Assembly: GCF_006345805.1 (NCBI RefSeq)
Contig: NC_043000.1
Coordinates: forward strand, 21,328,001-21,392,000
Reading direction: 5' to 3'
Length of the DNA: 64,000 nucleotides
DNA from: Octopus sinensis
Lineage: Eukaryota
The first letter of the stretch is position 1; each line of letters starts with the position of its first letter. The notes under the pieces are model-generated. The model had not been told where the DNA came from. It ran no database searches and saw only the letters and a program-made list of their open reading frames with translations. Positions 12,941 through 27,342 of this stretch are shown in pieces. The position numbers were made by a program, and so were the translations under genes.

Positions 12941-13734
12941 GGTCTGGCACAGATTGATCTTAAACTCTGCTGTGCATGCGCACTAAGTTTTAACGTTCTA
13001 ATTCACTTCCGTTGTTTACAGAAGTGCTTGGATAGAACGTGTATAGTGTGTGGTGGTCACCTTGACTATAACAGAGAAAGCTGAACTGAGAATCTGCATC
13101 AAATTTTGCCAAAGGCTTGGCGATACCTGCTCAGAGGTCTACGCAAAGTTTTCACCGTTCTCGACACAATTAAGGAGATCTTGTGCAACTGAAACCCGTG
13201 TGTCTTTTTGGTCAGCTGAAAGCAGTTTTGGCACAAACTTGGCAATCATGCGTCTCATATCCAAATCTTCAATGGTAATGGACTGAGCTGAACCTTAATC
13301 TGCACTTCCTCTGATGACTCATGAATGGTGATTCGACGATTTCCCTTCACAGCTGCACGCACATCTGCGATATTTTTCTTACTTCTGTTGGTTGCTGGTC
13401 TCCCAGAACGTTTGTCAATATCGACATTTTTTCGGCCATCTTGGAAACATCTGAACTGCTCATACATTCCTTTCCATACACTTTCTGCAACTTTGCGTAA
13501 GCCTCTGAGTCGGTATCGTCATGACAACTTTCTCTGTCATGGTCAATGCAACGATCACACGCAACACACCTTTTTTTCCAAGCACTGCTGCAAACAGCGG
13601 AAGTGAGCTAGAACGTTAAAACTTAGTGCGCATGCACAGCAAAGTTTATGGTCAATCTTTGCCGAGCGGCTTCACTCTGCGTGCTTTAGCTTCGTTACTA
13701 GGCAACAGTCCGGATACTTCTTGATCAGACCATG
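12941..13734. mobile_element. Rearranged mariner relic built from two converging 5' ends
   Basis: 12941-13150 reads + (ELRICIKFCQRLGDTCSEVYAK). 13145-13734 reads - (GRPATN, MIAKFVPKLLSADQK) and ends in TIR AGTCCGGATACTTCTTGATCAGACC. Confidence 0.75.
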
Positions 13735-14354
13735 TTTATATAGATTATCTTATTAGCTGAGTTTTCCCTTGTTGAAAGATTATAACCGCTATGTCAATCA
13801 GAGACTCTACTTTTAAATTACATTTACCTTCTTTTGCTTGGATGATCTACCGACTTTATGAAGTGCAGGCATGAGTTGTGTGGTTAATAAGTTCACTTCC
13901 GAAGCCACCTGGTTTTGGGTTCAATTCTGCTGTGTGATACCGAAGACAAGTGTCTTCTAGTAGAGCCTCGGAGCTACCGAAGTCTTGAGTGTGAATTTGG
14001 TAGACGGTACCTGAAAAGAAGCCCATCGTACATACGTGTGGGGAAGAGAGTAAGAGAGAGAGAGAGAGGGGAGGAGAGAGAGAGAGAAAGAGAAAGAAAA
14101 AGAGAAAGAAAAAGAAAAAGAAAAAGAAGAAAAAAGGAAAGAGAAATGGATTGAATGAAATTATTTATTTAAATGGTTTGAACGATATTCTTTATTTCAA
14201 ATCACTACAATTGTTTCCACGCATCGTAACGCCCGTAGAACATTGGGGAGATGATATAATTAGCATATTGTGTAATCGCTATCATCCATCAACTTTTTAC
14301 CCAACTCTTATTTAACTAATGCGTGTGTGTGTGTGTTTGCGTGTGTATAAATAT

Positions 14355-14407
<53 letters not shown>

Positions 14408-14510
14408 TATATATATTATACAGTATGCGTATGTGTGTGTGTGCGTATATATATATATATATAGATAGATAGATAGATAGATATAGATATATATACACAT
14501 ATATATATGT

Positions 14511-14600
<90 letters not shown>

Positions 14601-14603
14601 GTA

Positions 14604-14729
14604 TAATATTATTAGTGAATGGAATAAATGGAGTTGAACGAAGATTGTACAGAATACCTTTAGAATGTAATAAAAGGTATCTGTACAATCTTCGTTCAAC
14701 TCCATTTATTCCATTCACTAATAATATTA
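14604..14729. repeat. Perfect 50-bp inverted repeat inside a (TA)n-flanked element (about 14604-14880)
   Basis: 14604-14653 is the exact reverse complement of 14680-14729. A one-armed relative lies at about 57182-57285. Confidence 0.95.
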
Positions 14730-14912
14730 AACTTCAATTATCCGCTCCAACGCACGGTTGCAACACCAAATGGTCTTGTCTCAACCGTGCTGTTTTCCGC
14801 TGTGATTTTTGCTACCCAGGTATCGGTTAAACCTTTGAATAATCTGTTACAAGAAAATTCATCTTTCTATTTCAACAAATATATATATGTATATATATAT
14901 ATGTATGTATAT

Positions 14913-14984
<72 letters not shown>

Positions 14985-14986
<2 letters not shown>

Positions 14987-15138
14987 TTATTTTAAGCAGC
15001 AGAAAATTCAACAAAATCTGTTACTCTGAGTTTCTCGTTGCCGTTCAACAGACAGTTTTAGCAAAAACTGTCTGTTGAACGGCAATGAGAAACTCAGAGT
15101 AACAGATTTTGTTGAATTTTCTGCTGCTTAAAATAAAG
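14985..15138. repeat. 75-bp-arm palindrome, each arm containing a hammerhead-like motif
   Basis: Arms 14985-15059 and 15064-15138, one mismatch, 4-nt loop. The surrounding element is bounded by (TA)n on both sides. Confidence 0.9.
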
Positions 15139-15207
15139 CATATTACTCTACCACTGGTATTTGAGTACTCTTTTTTCCACCTTGTTTCACATTTATGTGT
15201 TTACTCC

Positions 15208-15387
<180 letters not shown>

Positions 15388-15951
15388 AAGTATATGTGTG
15401 TGTCTGTGTATCTGTGTGTGTCTGTGTGTGTGTGTGCGTGCGTGTGCTTGTTTAGTGAATGCGCGTGGCTTAGTTGTTAGAGTATTCGAACTCACGATCT
15501 TCCGATCGTGAGTTCGAATCCTGGCGAAGCGGGAAGACACTTTATTTTACGTTGCTCCAATCCACACAACTGGTGGGGGGGGGGGGATAAATGAGTTGTA
15601 ATTCTGTGTTAGACAGAATCTCCCTGAGTGTTATATTAAGGGTCCCTGTGTCTGTGGAGTGCTCACCATTTGCCTGTTAATTTCACAAGGATGCTGCTCC
15701 GTTGATTGGATCAACTGGAACCTATATCATCGTAACCGACGGAGTGCCTGTTACGTTTTATTTATGTCCGTAGTTATTGAACGAAAGCTTTATTTGAAAG
15801 CATGTCCAGAATCTGAACTTCATTTCATATAATTGTTACTGCTTCATCCAAACTCACAAAACGTGTGTAAGCTTCAGAAACTAAAATAGGTGATTTGTAA
15901 TCGCAAGTACCACAGTAGGAAAGATCTATTCCACAGTATGCGCTGATCGTG

Positions 15952-16310
15952 TGGAGGCGCAATGGCCCAGTGGTTAGGGCAGCGGACTCGCGGTTTCGAT
16001 TCCCAGACCGGGCGTTGTGAGTGTTTATTGAGCGAAAACACCTAAAAGCTCCACGAGGCTCCGGCAGGGTGTGGTGGTGATCCCTGCTGTACTCTTTCAC
16101 CACAACTTTCTCTCACTCTTACTTCCTGTTTCTGTTGTACCTGTATTTCAAAGGGCCGGCCTTGTCACTCTCTGTGTCACGCTGAATATCCCTTAAGGTG
16201 CACGTGTCTGTGGAGTGCTCAGCCACTTACACGTTAATTTCACGAGCAGGCTGTTCCGTTGATTCGGATCAACCGGAACCCTCATCGTCGTAACCGACGG
16301 AGTGCTTCCA
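15952..16310 (+). mobile_element. tRNA-derived SINE family B
   Basis: GGAGGCGCAATGGCCCAGTGGTTAGG head. Related copies at 22804, 32296 and 33295. Confidence 0.85.
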
Positions 16311-16365
16311 TTCCAATGCGCTGATCGTATTCCAAGAAAAAGACCATAAATACCCATGAAACCGT

Positions 16366-16705
16366 CAATGCTTACCAACTACATGGTTCCGGGTTCATTC
16401 CCACTGCATGGCACCTTGGGCAAGTGTCTTCTACTATAGCCTCGGGCCGACTAAAGCCTTGTGAGTGGATTTGGTAGACGGAAACTGAAAGAAGCCCGTC
16501 GTATATATGTGTATATATATGTATGTATGTATGTGTGTCTATATATTTGTGTGTCTGTGTTTGTCCCCCCAAACTCGCTTGACAACCGATGGTGGTGTGT
16601 TTACGTCCCCGTAACTTAGCGGTTCAGCAAAAGAGGCCGATAGAATAAGTACTAGGCTTACAAAGGCGGTGCCCCAGCATGGCCGCAGTCAAATGACTGA
16701 AACAA
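16366..16705 (+). mobile_element. SINE family A, 5'-truncated
   Basis: Matches 27343-27747. Confidence 0.85.
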
Positions 16706-17360
16706 GTAAAGGGGTAAAAGAGTAACTGTCACAGAAGCTTCTTTATTATTTTTTTTATTCCAATAATGTTATGTTTATCTGGTAGATTTGTTCCTCTTTC
16801 AGTGATTAAGTTACGCAGCCTGTGATGCCATTCATGAGAAAGAATAGGAAAATGTTGATCAAATACAAACCATTCTTCTTGATCGTAATATTGCGTGAAG
16901 TAGAAATGTAGAGCGCAAGTTGGGAAAAGATTTATTCCCTCAAAAGCTGAAATATAAATTGAAAGCATAAATAATAACTACATCTTGATCTGTTAAAGAA
17001 GAACGTCATACTTAATGCAAGATAAACACCCATCTTTCTTTATCGCTGATTTATTTAACACTGATCAAAGATAACACGGTACGCTGATTGTGAACCATGT
17101 TACGCTTATCACAAATTGATCTGCTTGAACAGCAAAAAGCACGCTCTAGCGACCACTCGCAATGCTCAGAACAACGTCAGTAGTCTGGGAACGAAAACTG
17201 TTATCCTATGTTTTATCATTCATTTAACACGTTGTTTCTCTCTTTAACCAGGCACTCATAATAATTGATGTATAACAATTATAAACAATAAACGAACAAA
17301 TATACCTCTGTTTTTGCTGATGCTTTTTCATATAACACGAAGAAAACCACAAGGGACTAA

Positions 17361-17748
17361 TCTCTATATAAAGCTGAAGTTGTCTGTGTATGGCAGGTTT
17401 GGTAGTCTTCAACTAACACTATCTCCTCCGAGACCCTGCGGCGCAAGTTGACCAAAATTGAGAGTATGATAGAAGAAGGCTTGCTCTTCCTTCCGTAGAC
17501 GAAAAATTTCAAATCAGACCATGTTAACACCAAAAATTATTTACATCAAAAAGGTGCTTTTTTTCTATGAAAATCCCTATTTTTTACGATTTTTTTACTG
17601 CTTTGTCACCATTTTTCGGTGTATTTCAACCAGAAAAATGTTCACTTAAAGAGAATAACAAGCTACATAATGCAAAATTTTTACTTTTCAAAAATTCCAA
17701 TTCTAAAGGGTCGAAACAAACCCGAGCAACGCCGGGCGATACTGCTAG
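17361..17748 (+). mobile_element. Non-autonomous Helitron-like element
   Basis: 5' TC, 3' CTAG, inserted between A17360 and T17749. GC-rich subterminal hairpin CCCGAGCAACGCCGGG at 17721-17736. Confidence 0.8.
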
Positions 17749-18780
17749 TTTGTGATATTACAGATTATTATAAAGGTAGTGCTACTGTTTATTCTCTGAT
17801 AATCTCACATAGATTTAATTACTAAAAGACCTGAGGTGTGTCCACATGCTTACACACATAGGTACACATTTCAAACCTTGAAGCTCGCGCGACACCATGA
17901 AGATTTCTCCGTATAATTGGTTTTGAGTTTGGTAAGAAATAAATTTCACAATACATCCTCTTCTACTCTATGCACAAGGCCCGAAATTTTGAGGGAGATG
18001 ACCAGTCGATTAGATCGACCCCAGCATGCAACTGGTACTTAATTTATCGATCCCGAAAGGTTGAAAGGCAAAGTCGACCTCGGCGGAAATTGAACTCATA
18101 ACGTAGCAGTAGCAGGACATGCTAGAAATAGCAGCCACATCTTTGGAAGTGAGATATGTTGGATGCACTCGAAAAAATCCTATGGAAAAAAAAAACTATT
18201 TCACACCGAGATTACGAACGGATCTTTTACGAAATATTTACCATATTTTTAAAGTCATTTTCACTTTAAAATAATTTTTAAATGTGTCGAAAAAAATTTG
18301 TAATTTTATTCACTTGAAAATAATTAAAAAAGCATTTAAAATGTTGTCTGTTTAAAGAAAGCTAAAATATAAATACCTACTGTACAAAAACTTACATTTT
18401 TGAAATCACATTCAGTAAAAAAATATTTCTAAATGATTAAAATACTGTGTTTAACAAAAGCGAAAATAGAAACATTTACAGTAAAAAAAGTCGCATTTTT
18501 TCGTTGTCATGTCACTGCGTCTAATAGAAATATAAGAGTTTCTTCCTTTTCAGGATGAAGATTATTTTCACAATATCTTCTCATTATGCACCGTTTTGGG
18601 TATTTATACCTTGAAAATCTCTAATATCTTAAAAGCCATCTGTCCTATTCACGCGAAACTTGTTTTATTGCGTTGGTATTAACATTTCAGAGTAAACTTA
18701 ATTCATATCATTTTCCCCATCATGCGCCAGTTTGGTTGAGTAACATTGCAAGCAAGCAAGATTCAATCTAACTTTTAATG

Positions 18781-18814
<34 letters not shown>

Positions 18815-19028
18815 AATATTAGGGAATAAAACCAAATTTACAAGGAAAAATCAGATTTAAGATTGAATCCAATTTTATAATAAAATATTATATTATAATA
18901 AATTAGATCGTAGTGGTTATTCATTTGTTAAGTTTTAATTTAAATAAATTATTTTATATTTTATGTATTGGCTTAAGTCTTTCTTTGTTTGATTTGCATA
19001 ATAGTGGTTTTGTCTCTAATTTATTATA

Positions 19029-19116
<88 letters not shown>

Positions 19117-19494
19117 ATATATATGCATTATATATGTATATTAACCAATCAACTTGCCGGAAATCACCCCATATTATAGAATACTCTATTTTGTTCCACT
19201 AGTGTTCGCGCTTTTGGATTATGCAAGCAGCAGTGCGCGTCAACAAATGAGAATGGCACACTTTGGAAGAAGTAACAAGTTTCTTTGGCTGAAACTCAGT
19301 CCTGAGTTAAAGGGTTCTTCGACTAGGATGGACAGAATATTATTCCCGTCTCACGCGCGAGGCTAATCTCTTCTGTCAGAAATGTAATTACTATATCTAC
19401 GTTAGTTTATAGCATACCGCTATAAGCGATTAGCAAACAACAATGTAAAAAATGTAAACATTGTGTAGTGAGTGTACGATTTGAATACAGAGGC

Positions 19495-19735
19495 ACCTAC
19501 CTTCTCTTCGTGGTGACGGAGATCCTCCAGAGATGACTGGTCCTTCCTCACCCTACACGAACACTAACGATAGCAGCTGCTAGCCCCAAACCCTTAGCGT
19601 CGTCCTCGCATGTCTTGTCACCAGCACGACCCACGTTGGAAAGGTCAATTTCCGCCCCCTGCGCACGCTTGACAGCTGACCCCTTCCGCTTGCCCCAGCT
19701 TCCGGTCAACGCACCCCGCTGCTGACGTCATCCCA
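19495..19735 (-). promoter_or_regulatory. CpG-rich candidate promoter/non-coding first exon
   Basis: TGACGTCA at 19723-19730, CTTCCGG at 19699-19705 and CCGCCCC at 19652-19658. Minus-strand donor AAG|GTAGGT at 19501/19500. Could instead be a repeat. Confidence 0.3.
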
Positions 19736-20206
19736 CACATTGTAATATACTTCAACAACAATAAATGTTAATTAAACAACGACGGTTTTAATTTATTATG
19801 GGACAACACGCGGTAGTATATCGCTATACCAACACGCGAAAACTCATCCGGATTTTTATGTTACAATGGTGACCCACGACGTTCAGCCAGCAGGAAAACA
19901 GCGACAATTTTAATTCTCGATGTCCAGTCAAATAAAGCACCCGCTGTATATACAGTACAGTGGTACGGCATCTTAACACCCAATAAGGCAGGGCATTTCT
20001 GCCGTTGATATGAAACAGGTTTTCGGAGGCCAGTACACAAGCACTTCACGTCATTTCCCGTTGTAGGAAATGCATTGAACCGGCGCTTTTAATTCATATA
20101 ATCAACGACGCTAATGTTCACACATATTTGATACACACACACACAAACACACACAAACACACACACACCACACATACATACATACATACAACACACATAT
20201 ACATAC

Positions 20207-20237
<31 letters not shown>

Positions 20238-20424
20238 AATATTATATATATATATATATTACATGCATATATATAATTAATTATACATAAATATACACAC
20301 ACACATACACACATGTATATATATATATATAATACATATTATATAATATATATATATATATACATACATGCATTATATATAAAAAATAATTATACATGCA
20401 TACACACACACATACACACATATG

Positions 20425-20464
<40 letters not shown>

Positions 20465-20465
20465 T

Positions 20466-20523
<58 letters not shown>

Positions 20524-20873
20524 AATATATGCATATATACATACATATATGTACATAGCTACATATATATGTATATATACATGCATATATGGGTACAGGA
20601 CAAAAAAGAACGTAGAACACAATGAGAAACGAAAACATAAATACAAAATCATAGAAAAGAACTTTTGGGGGGAACAACGAAAAAAACAAACATGGAAACG
20701 AGACATGCAACATAAAGAATGTTCCCCTTCTTCAGTTGTCCCTGTTTCATCTACTCCGCTTCGAAGGCAAGAACACTACATAAATATAAATATAGTGCCA
20801 TTATCGGCGTGCCTTTGAAATTTTCGTAGTTCGTAGCATGTAGAAGTCCTGTCATATATATCTTTATACACTC

Positions 20874-20927
<54 letters not shown>

Positions 20928-21072
20928 TATATATATATTATATAAATTTAATATGCACACAGACAGGCAGACAGACAGATAGACAGACAAACAGACAAAC
21001 AGACTGAAACAGACAGACAATAGACAGACAGATAGACAGACAGATAGACAGATAGACAGATAGACAGACAGG

Positions 21073-21138
<66 letters not shown>

Positions 21139-21599
21139 CATACTTAATGAAAATGCATCGCAAAAAGGCATATTTACAGTGGTTTTAGTCCGGAGATAAT
21201 ATCTCTTATGGACGTGCCATGTTTAAAAACGCGATATACATCGGAAGCAGATGAAAATCATCCAGCTGCGGACAATGCGAATGCTAGATACACATATTTA
21301 CCTCACTGAATGTTGTCAATAGCATGTACTCGCTGCACGATATGACGAAATCTGTTGCCACTGGCGTAGGCAAACAATGAATGCACATGCACTAGTGTTG
21401 CAAATACCTGCACGGCTGAGTAACAATGCAACAGAATGACCTGGGTAAGACTTTAAACCGCATCCGGTGGTGGGGCCTCGGTACGGGAGTTTCAAGGCTT
21501 AGGGGAGTGTGGAACTACTTCTTAACCGCTATTGTTCCTAGATTTACTCTGATCTGCAGTTGTAGCACCTGTTAAGGTCCCAGCTATGGGTTAAGTAGC

Positions 21600-22430
21600 A
21601 CCCGCTTCAGACCCAGGCTACGTCTGCTCCGATACCCTGCAGTGCTCTGAAGGTTCTCAGAATCCATCCGGCCATTCACCTGCACACTGCCAGTCTTGGT
21701 GACATGCATGTGAAATAAGGTATCGTTGCTCATATCAATCCCAAGATCACGCACTGTATGTGATTTTAGGATTGCTGCTCCTTTTGGTCCAAAGTATCGT
21801 TCTTGTGACTTCTGAGCACCAATTTGCTGGTAGCGAAGGTCTTGGAATTTGCCTGCATTAAATTGTATGTTGTCCTCAGCTCATTTATATATGGCATCTA
21901 GGCCTTTCTGTGAGAAGGCACATGGCTCAGTGGTTAGAGCGTCGAGCTTACGATCGTGAGGTTGTGAGTTCGAACCCGGACCGGGCTGCATGTTGTGTTC
22001 TTGAGCAAGACACTTTATTTCACGTTGCCCCTGTTCACTCTGCTGTAGAAATGAGTTGCGACATCACAGGTGCCAAGCTGTATCGGCCCCTTTGCCTTTC
22101 CCTTGGATAACACTGGTGGCGTGGAGAGGGGAGGCCGGTATGCATGGGCGACTGCTGGTCTTCAATAAACAACCTTGCCCGGATTTGTGCCTTTCTACGT
22201 GCAATCCATGGCTGAAGGGGGTCTCAGCAGGCCTTTCTGTAGAAGATTAACAACAGAAGGTTCCTTGACTGCTTGTACTACTTTCGTATCGTCGGCATAG
22301 CTAGTAAGTGTGGCTATCTGTGTAACTGATGGCATGTCTGAAAGAGCCACCATGAACAGTAGTGGCCCCAATACAGTTCCCTGGGGCAAACCACTTTCTA
22401 TTAATGTCCCCTTGGAGAGGGCTCCGTTAG
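21600..22430 (-). mobile_element. CR1-like LINE RT fragment interrupted by a SINE
   Basis: PQGTVLGPLLF...SYADDTK. Removing the SINE restores NLLQKGLDAIYK*AEDN. Confidence 0.85.
21917..22228 (+). mobile_element. tRNA-derived SINE with TSD
   Basis: A box TGGCTCAGTGG and B box GTTCGAACC. TSD AGGCCTTTCTGT at 21900-21911 and 22229-22240. Confidence 0.9.
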
Positions 22431-22605
22431 CTGTTACAGTCTGGCTTTATGTATGTATCTATCCATCAATCTATCGATCGATCTATCAAGGTCTAATAAA
22501 GACTAGCAAGGCAAAACTTCGAAGTTACTGTCACACTTGTTTTCTAAAAGTTTATTAAACATGTTTTCTAGTAAAAAGTGTTGAATAATGCTTCGAAACT
22601 AACGT

Positions 22606-22654
<49 letters not shown>

Positions 22655-22803
22655 TACATACATACATACATACATGCATACATACATACATACATACTTA
22701 CATACATACATACATACATGTACATGTGTGTGTGTATGTGCGAGTGCGCGCGCACGTGTGTATTCATATACCCATGCTTCGATACACGTATATATAGATA
22801 TAT

Positions 22804-23173
22804 GTGGAGGCGCAATGGCCCAGTGGTTAGGGCAGCGGACTCGCGGTTTCGATTCCCAGACCGGGCGTTGTGAGTGTTTATTGAGCGAAAACACCTAAAG
22901 CTCCACGATGCTCCGGCAGGGGATGGTGGTGATCCCTGCTGTAATCTTTCACCACAACTTTCTCTCACTCTTACTTCCTGTTTCTGCTGTACCTGTATTT
23001 CAAGGGGCCGGTCTTGTCACCCTCTGTGTCACGCTGAATATCCCCGAGAACTACGTTAAGGGTGCACGTGTCTGTGGAGTGCTCAGCCACTTATACGTTA
23101 ATTTCACGAGCAGGCTGTTCCGTTGATTCGGATCAACCGGAACCCTCATCGTCGTAACCGACGGAGTGCTTCC
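22804..23173 (+). mobile_element. SINE family B
   Basis: Near-identical to 15952-16310. Confidence 0.85.
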
Positions 23174-23590
23174 CTGCATATAGATATATTCATATAAGCA
23201 TACAAACTATATGTACATATAATTATATGTATAAATAAAGAAGAGTAGTGATGGAAATAGACGGTAGCCAAGGAGACGGCATTCCTCTACTTGTCAGCTC
23301 ATGGAGTGGGTGTGCTTATAGTCCCTATACTGCCAACATTACGCTCATGGGACCTTAGCGAATCCCTAATTCCTAAACATTTTCGTCATTGAATTTGTGT
23401 ATGTACCTCTCTCCTCTCTCTCCGTCTTTCTTCCTCCATCCCTCACATTTCTCTCTCTCTCTCTCTCTCCTCTCTGTCATTATATATATATATATATATA
23501 TCATATATGTATGTGTATATATAAGAGCATATATAAGTATGTATATATGCGTGTGCGCGTGTGTGTGTACATGGTATTATTATGTATATA

Positions 23591-23655
<65 letters not shown>

Positions 23656-23994
23656 CTACATATATTTATAAGTACATATATAAGTATATATATATGTGTA
23701 TACACACATAGATACATACATACGCACGCATGCACTCACATAGATATAATTACTCAAACCCACGCATATGGAAACATACAAACCCCACACACCCATAACA
23801 CGCATATACACACACACGTAATCATACAAATTACTCATTAAATTACCTGAACACAAGGTGCTTGGCTTGGCTCTAAGTTGTTGTTCGAGCACCATGGTTA
23901 CCTGGGCAATGTAGATGATTGTCAACAGTTGTTGTTGCTACAAAACGGCTACTGGAATAACAAACAAACAAACAAACAAACACACACACACACA

Positions 23995-24037
<43 letters not shown>

Positions 24038-24374
24038 ATACACATGCGCGCGCGATATGAAAACTAAGGAAATTAAAAGTAATCACTGATACAGGTAAAT
24101 ATGTATATATACATATGTGTGTGTGCGTGTATACCGAAGTGCTCCAGCATGGTCTAAGCTGTGTTGCCATAAAAGAAATTAAGGATTGTGATATTTAATC
24201 GGAGAGAAAATTACTGAGAGACTGAAAAAGGCCGAGAGAGAAATAAGTTAAGAAAATTAACGTTTACTAAATTAACGTTTACAGCTCACTGAATAGGAAA
24301 TAATACGGCAACATATTTATATATATATAGATTTGTACCCAAACCCACTCACACTAACAACACACACATTTATT

Positions 24375-25020
<646 letters not shown>

Positions 25021-26844
25021 ATACACATACACAGACACACACCCGCACACACAGACACACATTATTTATTCAAAGTTTAGTCTGTCTGAGTCTCAACTAC
25101 GAGTTTCCCGCATCTGATCCTCAGTAATGTAAAAAAAAAAAATCGTTGAAATTTTTGTTACGTTCTCTGACCACTGACTGCTAAACTTCAGCGGATCTCT
25201 CACGTCTGTTACCACAAACAAACAAATCACTTAATGGTATCAATCACTGCTTACTGGCTATGGAAATCCTATAATAATTAGTAGCTACTACAAAAGAAGA
25301 AAAGAAGTCGGTTTATCAATATTGTATTAATGACAACTTGTGGCTGAATTGTCGCATTGAATTGTGGGTAAACGGCTAAACGACAATACGTTGGGAATAT
25401 AATCAACTGGCGTCGTTAGCAACAACAGAAGCAGGTAACGCTTTGTCTTAAAGCTTTCGTTCATTTCACGGGTATGAATGATACGTGTTTATGTTGATAT
25501 TGAAAGAAATAGTTGTATACAATAAGTTTCTTTTTGTATGTGCTTGCGTGTTTCTATTGTATACGTGTATGGGGCTTGTTTGTGTATCACATCATATTTA
25601 TGTATATAATTCATGTGCGTGAGAGTGTGTGCGTGAATGTGTGCTTGTAATTGTGTATGTAAAATATTTGTGTTTATGTGTTTGTATAAGTATTTGTGTG
25701 TGCGTGTGTGTGTGTATCGAACATTGTATTTATGTGTATATATCTGTGTTATTATACGTATATTAACGCGTATACGATGGCATGTTTACGAATTTCTGCA
25801 TGTAAAAGTTTTGTTGTTGGTGTTGTTATTGTTGTTGCCAGGGTTCCATGTCAGCTCTGACAGTTCGGGCCTATGACTGAAGGTGTTCTAGCCGTGGCCA
25901 TCTCGTCTAGGACTAGATCATCCGTTATAGGGTATGGTTTCAGAGATTCGACTTATGTTTCTGGCAAGTCAAGCGATCGTGTAGGAATTACCTCGTTGGT
26001 TCGTATATGTTTGTGTTGTGTGTATAATTAAACACTTAAATAATTAGGAGCAGTTTCTACAAAAAAAAAAAAAGGAAAACCTTTTATATTTAAAATAGCA
26101 GTGGATAAATTATTATGATGATTATCAAATACTCAAAACCAATGTAATTGTCACAGTATTAACTCACACTCGCTTAATGAATAATGTCTCAGTGTTTATG
26201 TGAAGTTAGCAAACCACAGTGAACGTATTAATTAAAGAGACTACCTTCAAGAGTAGATACACACTACATAAGCATTCTTTTAGATATTCAGAGAAAATAT
26301 ATACTACCACTCTGTCACTGCACGTTTGGAGGGCTAAATGATGAAGGTGCTAAAAACTTTAAGATAAGAACTTGATCGCATTTGTGAAACAATATTTTGT
26401 AAGTTCTAAATGATGCTATTTGTGGATTTCTGATAAATTCTTCATATTGATGTTTTCGTTTTGAAAATTAACCATCTAAATAGTACATATTACGGAATTC
26501 TAAATCACTCACAGGCTGAAAATATAAAAATATTGTCCAGAAAATCTCTCTCTCTCTCTCTCTCTCTCATTCTCCTTCCCTTCCTCCCTCTTCTCCTCTT
26601 CCTAATCTGAATGCTAACACAGTTGGTATTTTTCCTCTACATTTCCCTCTCAAATATATACATTATTATTTTTTTGCATATTTTAACAATACTGTATCTA
26701 AGACATGTATGCCTTATAAAGTGATGGTACACAGATGTTATCCGTCGATTATTTTCTTTTCTTTTATCATCTGCTCTTTTGATTCTTATACTCTGTTAGT
26801 CCATCCTATATTTTTTGAATAAATAAATAGATAGATAGATAGAT

Positions 26845-26939
<95 letters not shown>

Positions 26940-27342
26940 GTGTATTTTTGTTTTGTTTTTTCCTAATGGCACGCTATGGTTACGACGACATGTGTTCCAG
27001 GTGATCCGATCAACAGAACAGCCTGCTTGTGAAATTAACTTGGAAGTGACCGTGCACAGTACAAACACGAGTACCCTTAGCATATTTGTCCGGGAAATTC
27101 AGCGTGACCCAGAATGGGAGGAGACTGGCCCTTCGAATTACAGGTACAACTCATTTTTGGCGGCAAAGTGGACTGGAATAACGTGAAACAAAGTATCTTG
27201 CTCAAGGCCTGAACGCGCCGCCAGAAATCAAGCTCACGACCTAACGATCGTGATCCGAATAATCTAATTGATTATGTACTACATGTAATACACACGCACA
27301 AACACACGTATACATACATAGATACATATAGAGATACGTATA

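Noticed and set aside
17018-17220. Four WGATAA sites in 200 bp
   Set aside because: Expected by chance somewhere in 64 kb of AT-rich DNA.
25085-25130. Minus-strand CTGAGGA...GAAAC-TC-GTA
   Set aside because: Stem I does not pair and stem II is weak. Likely chance.
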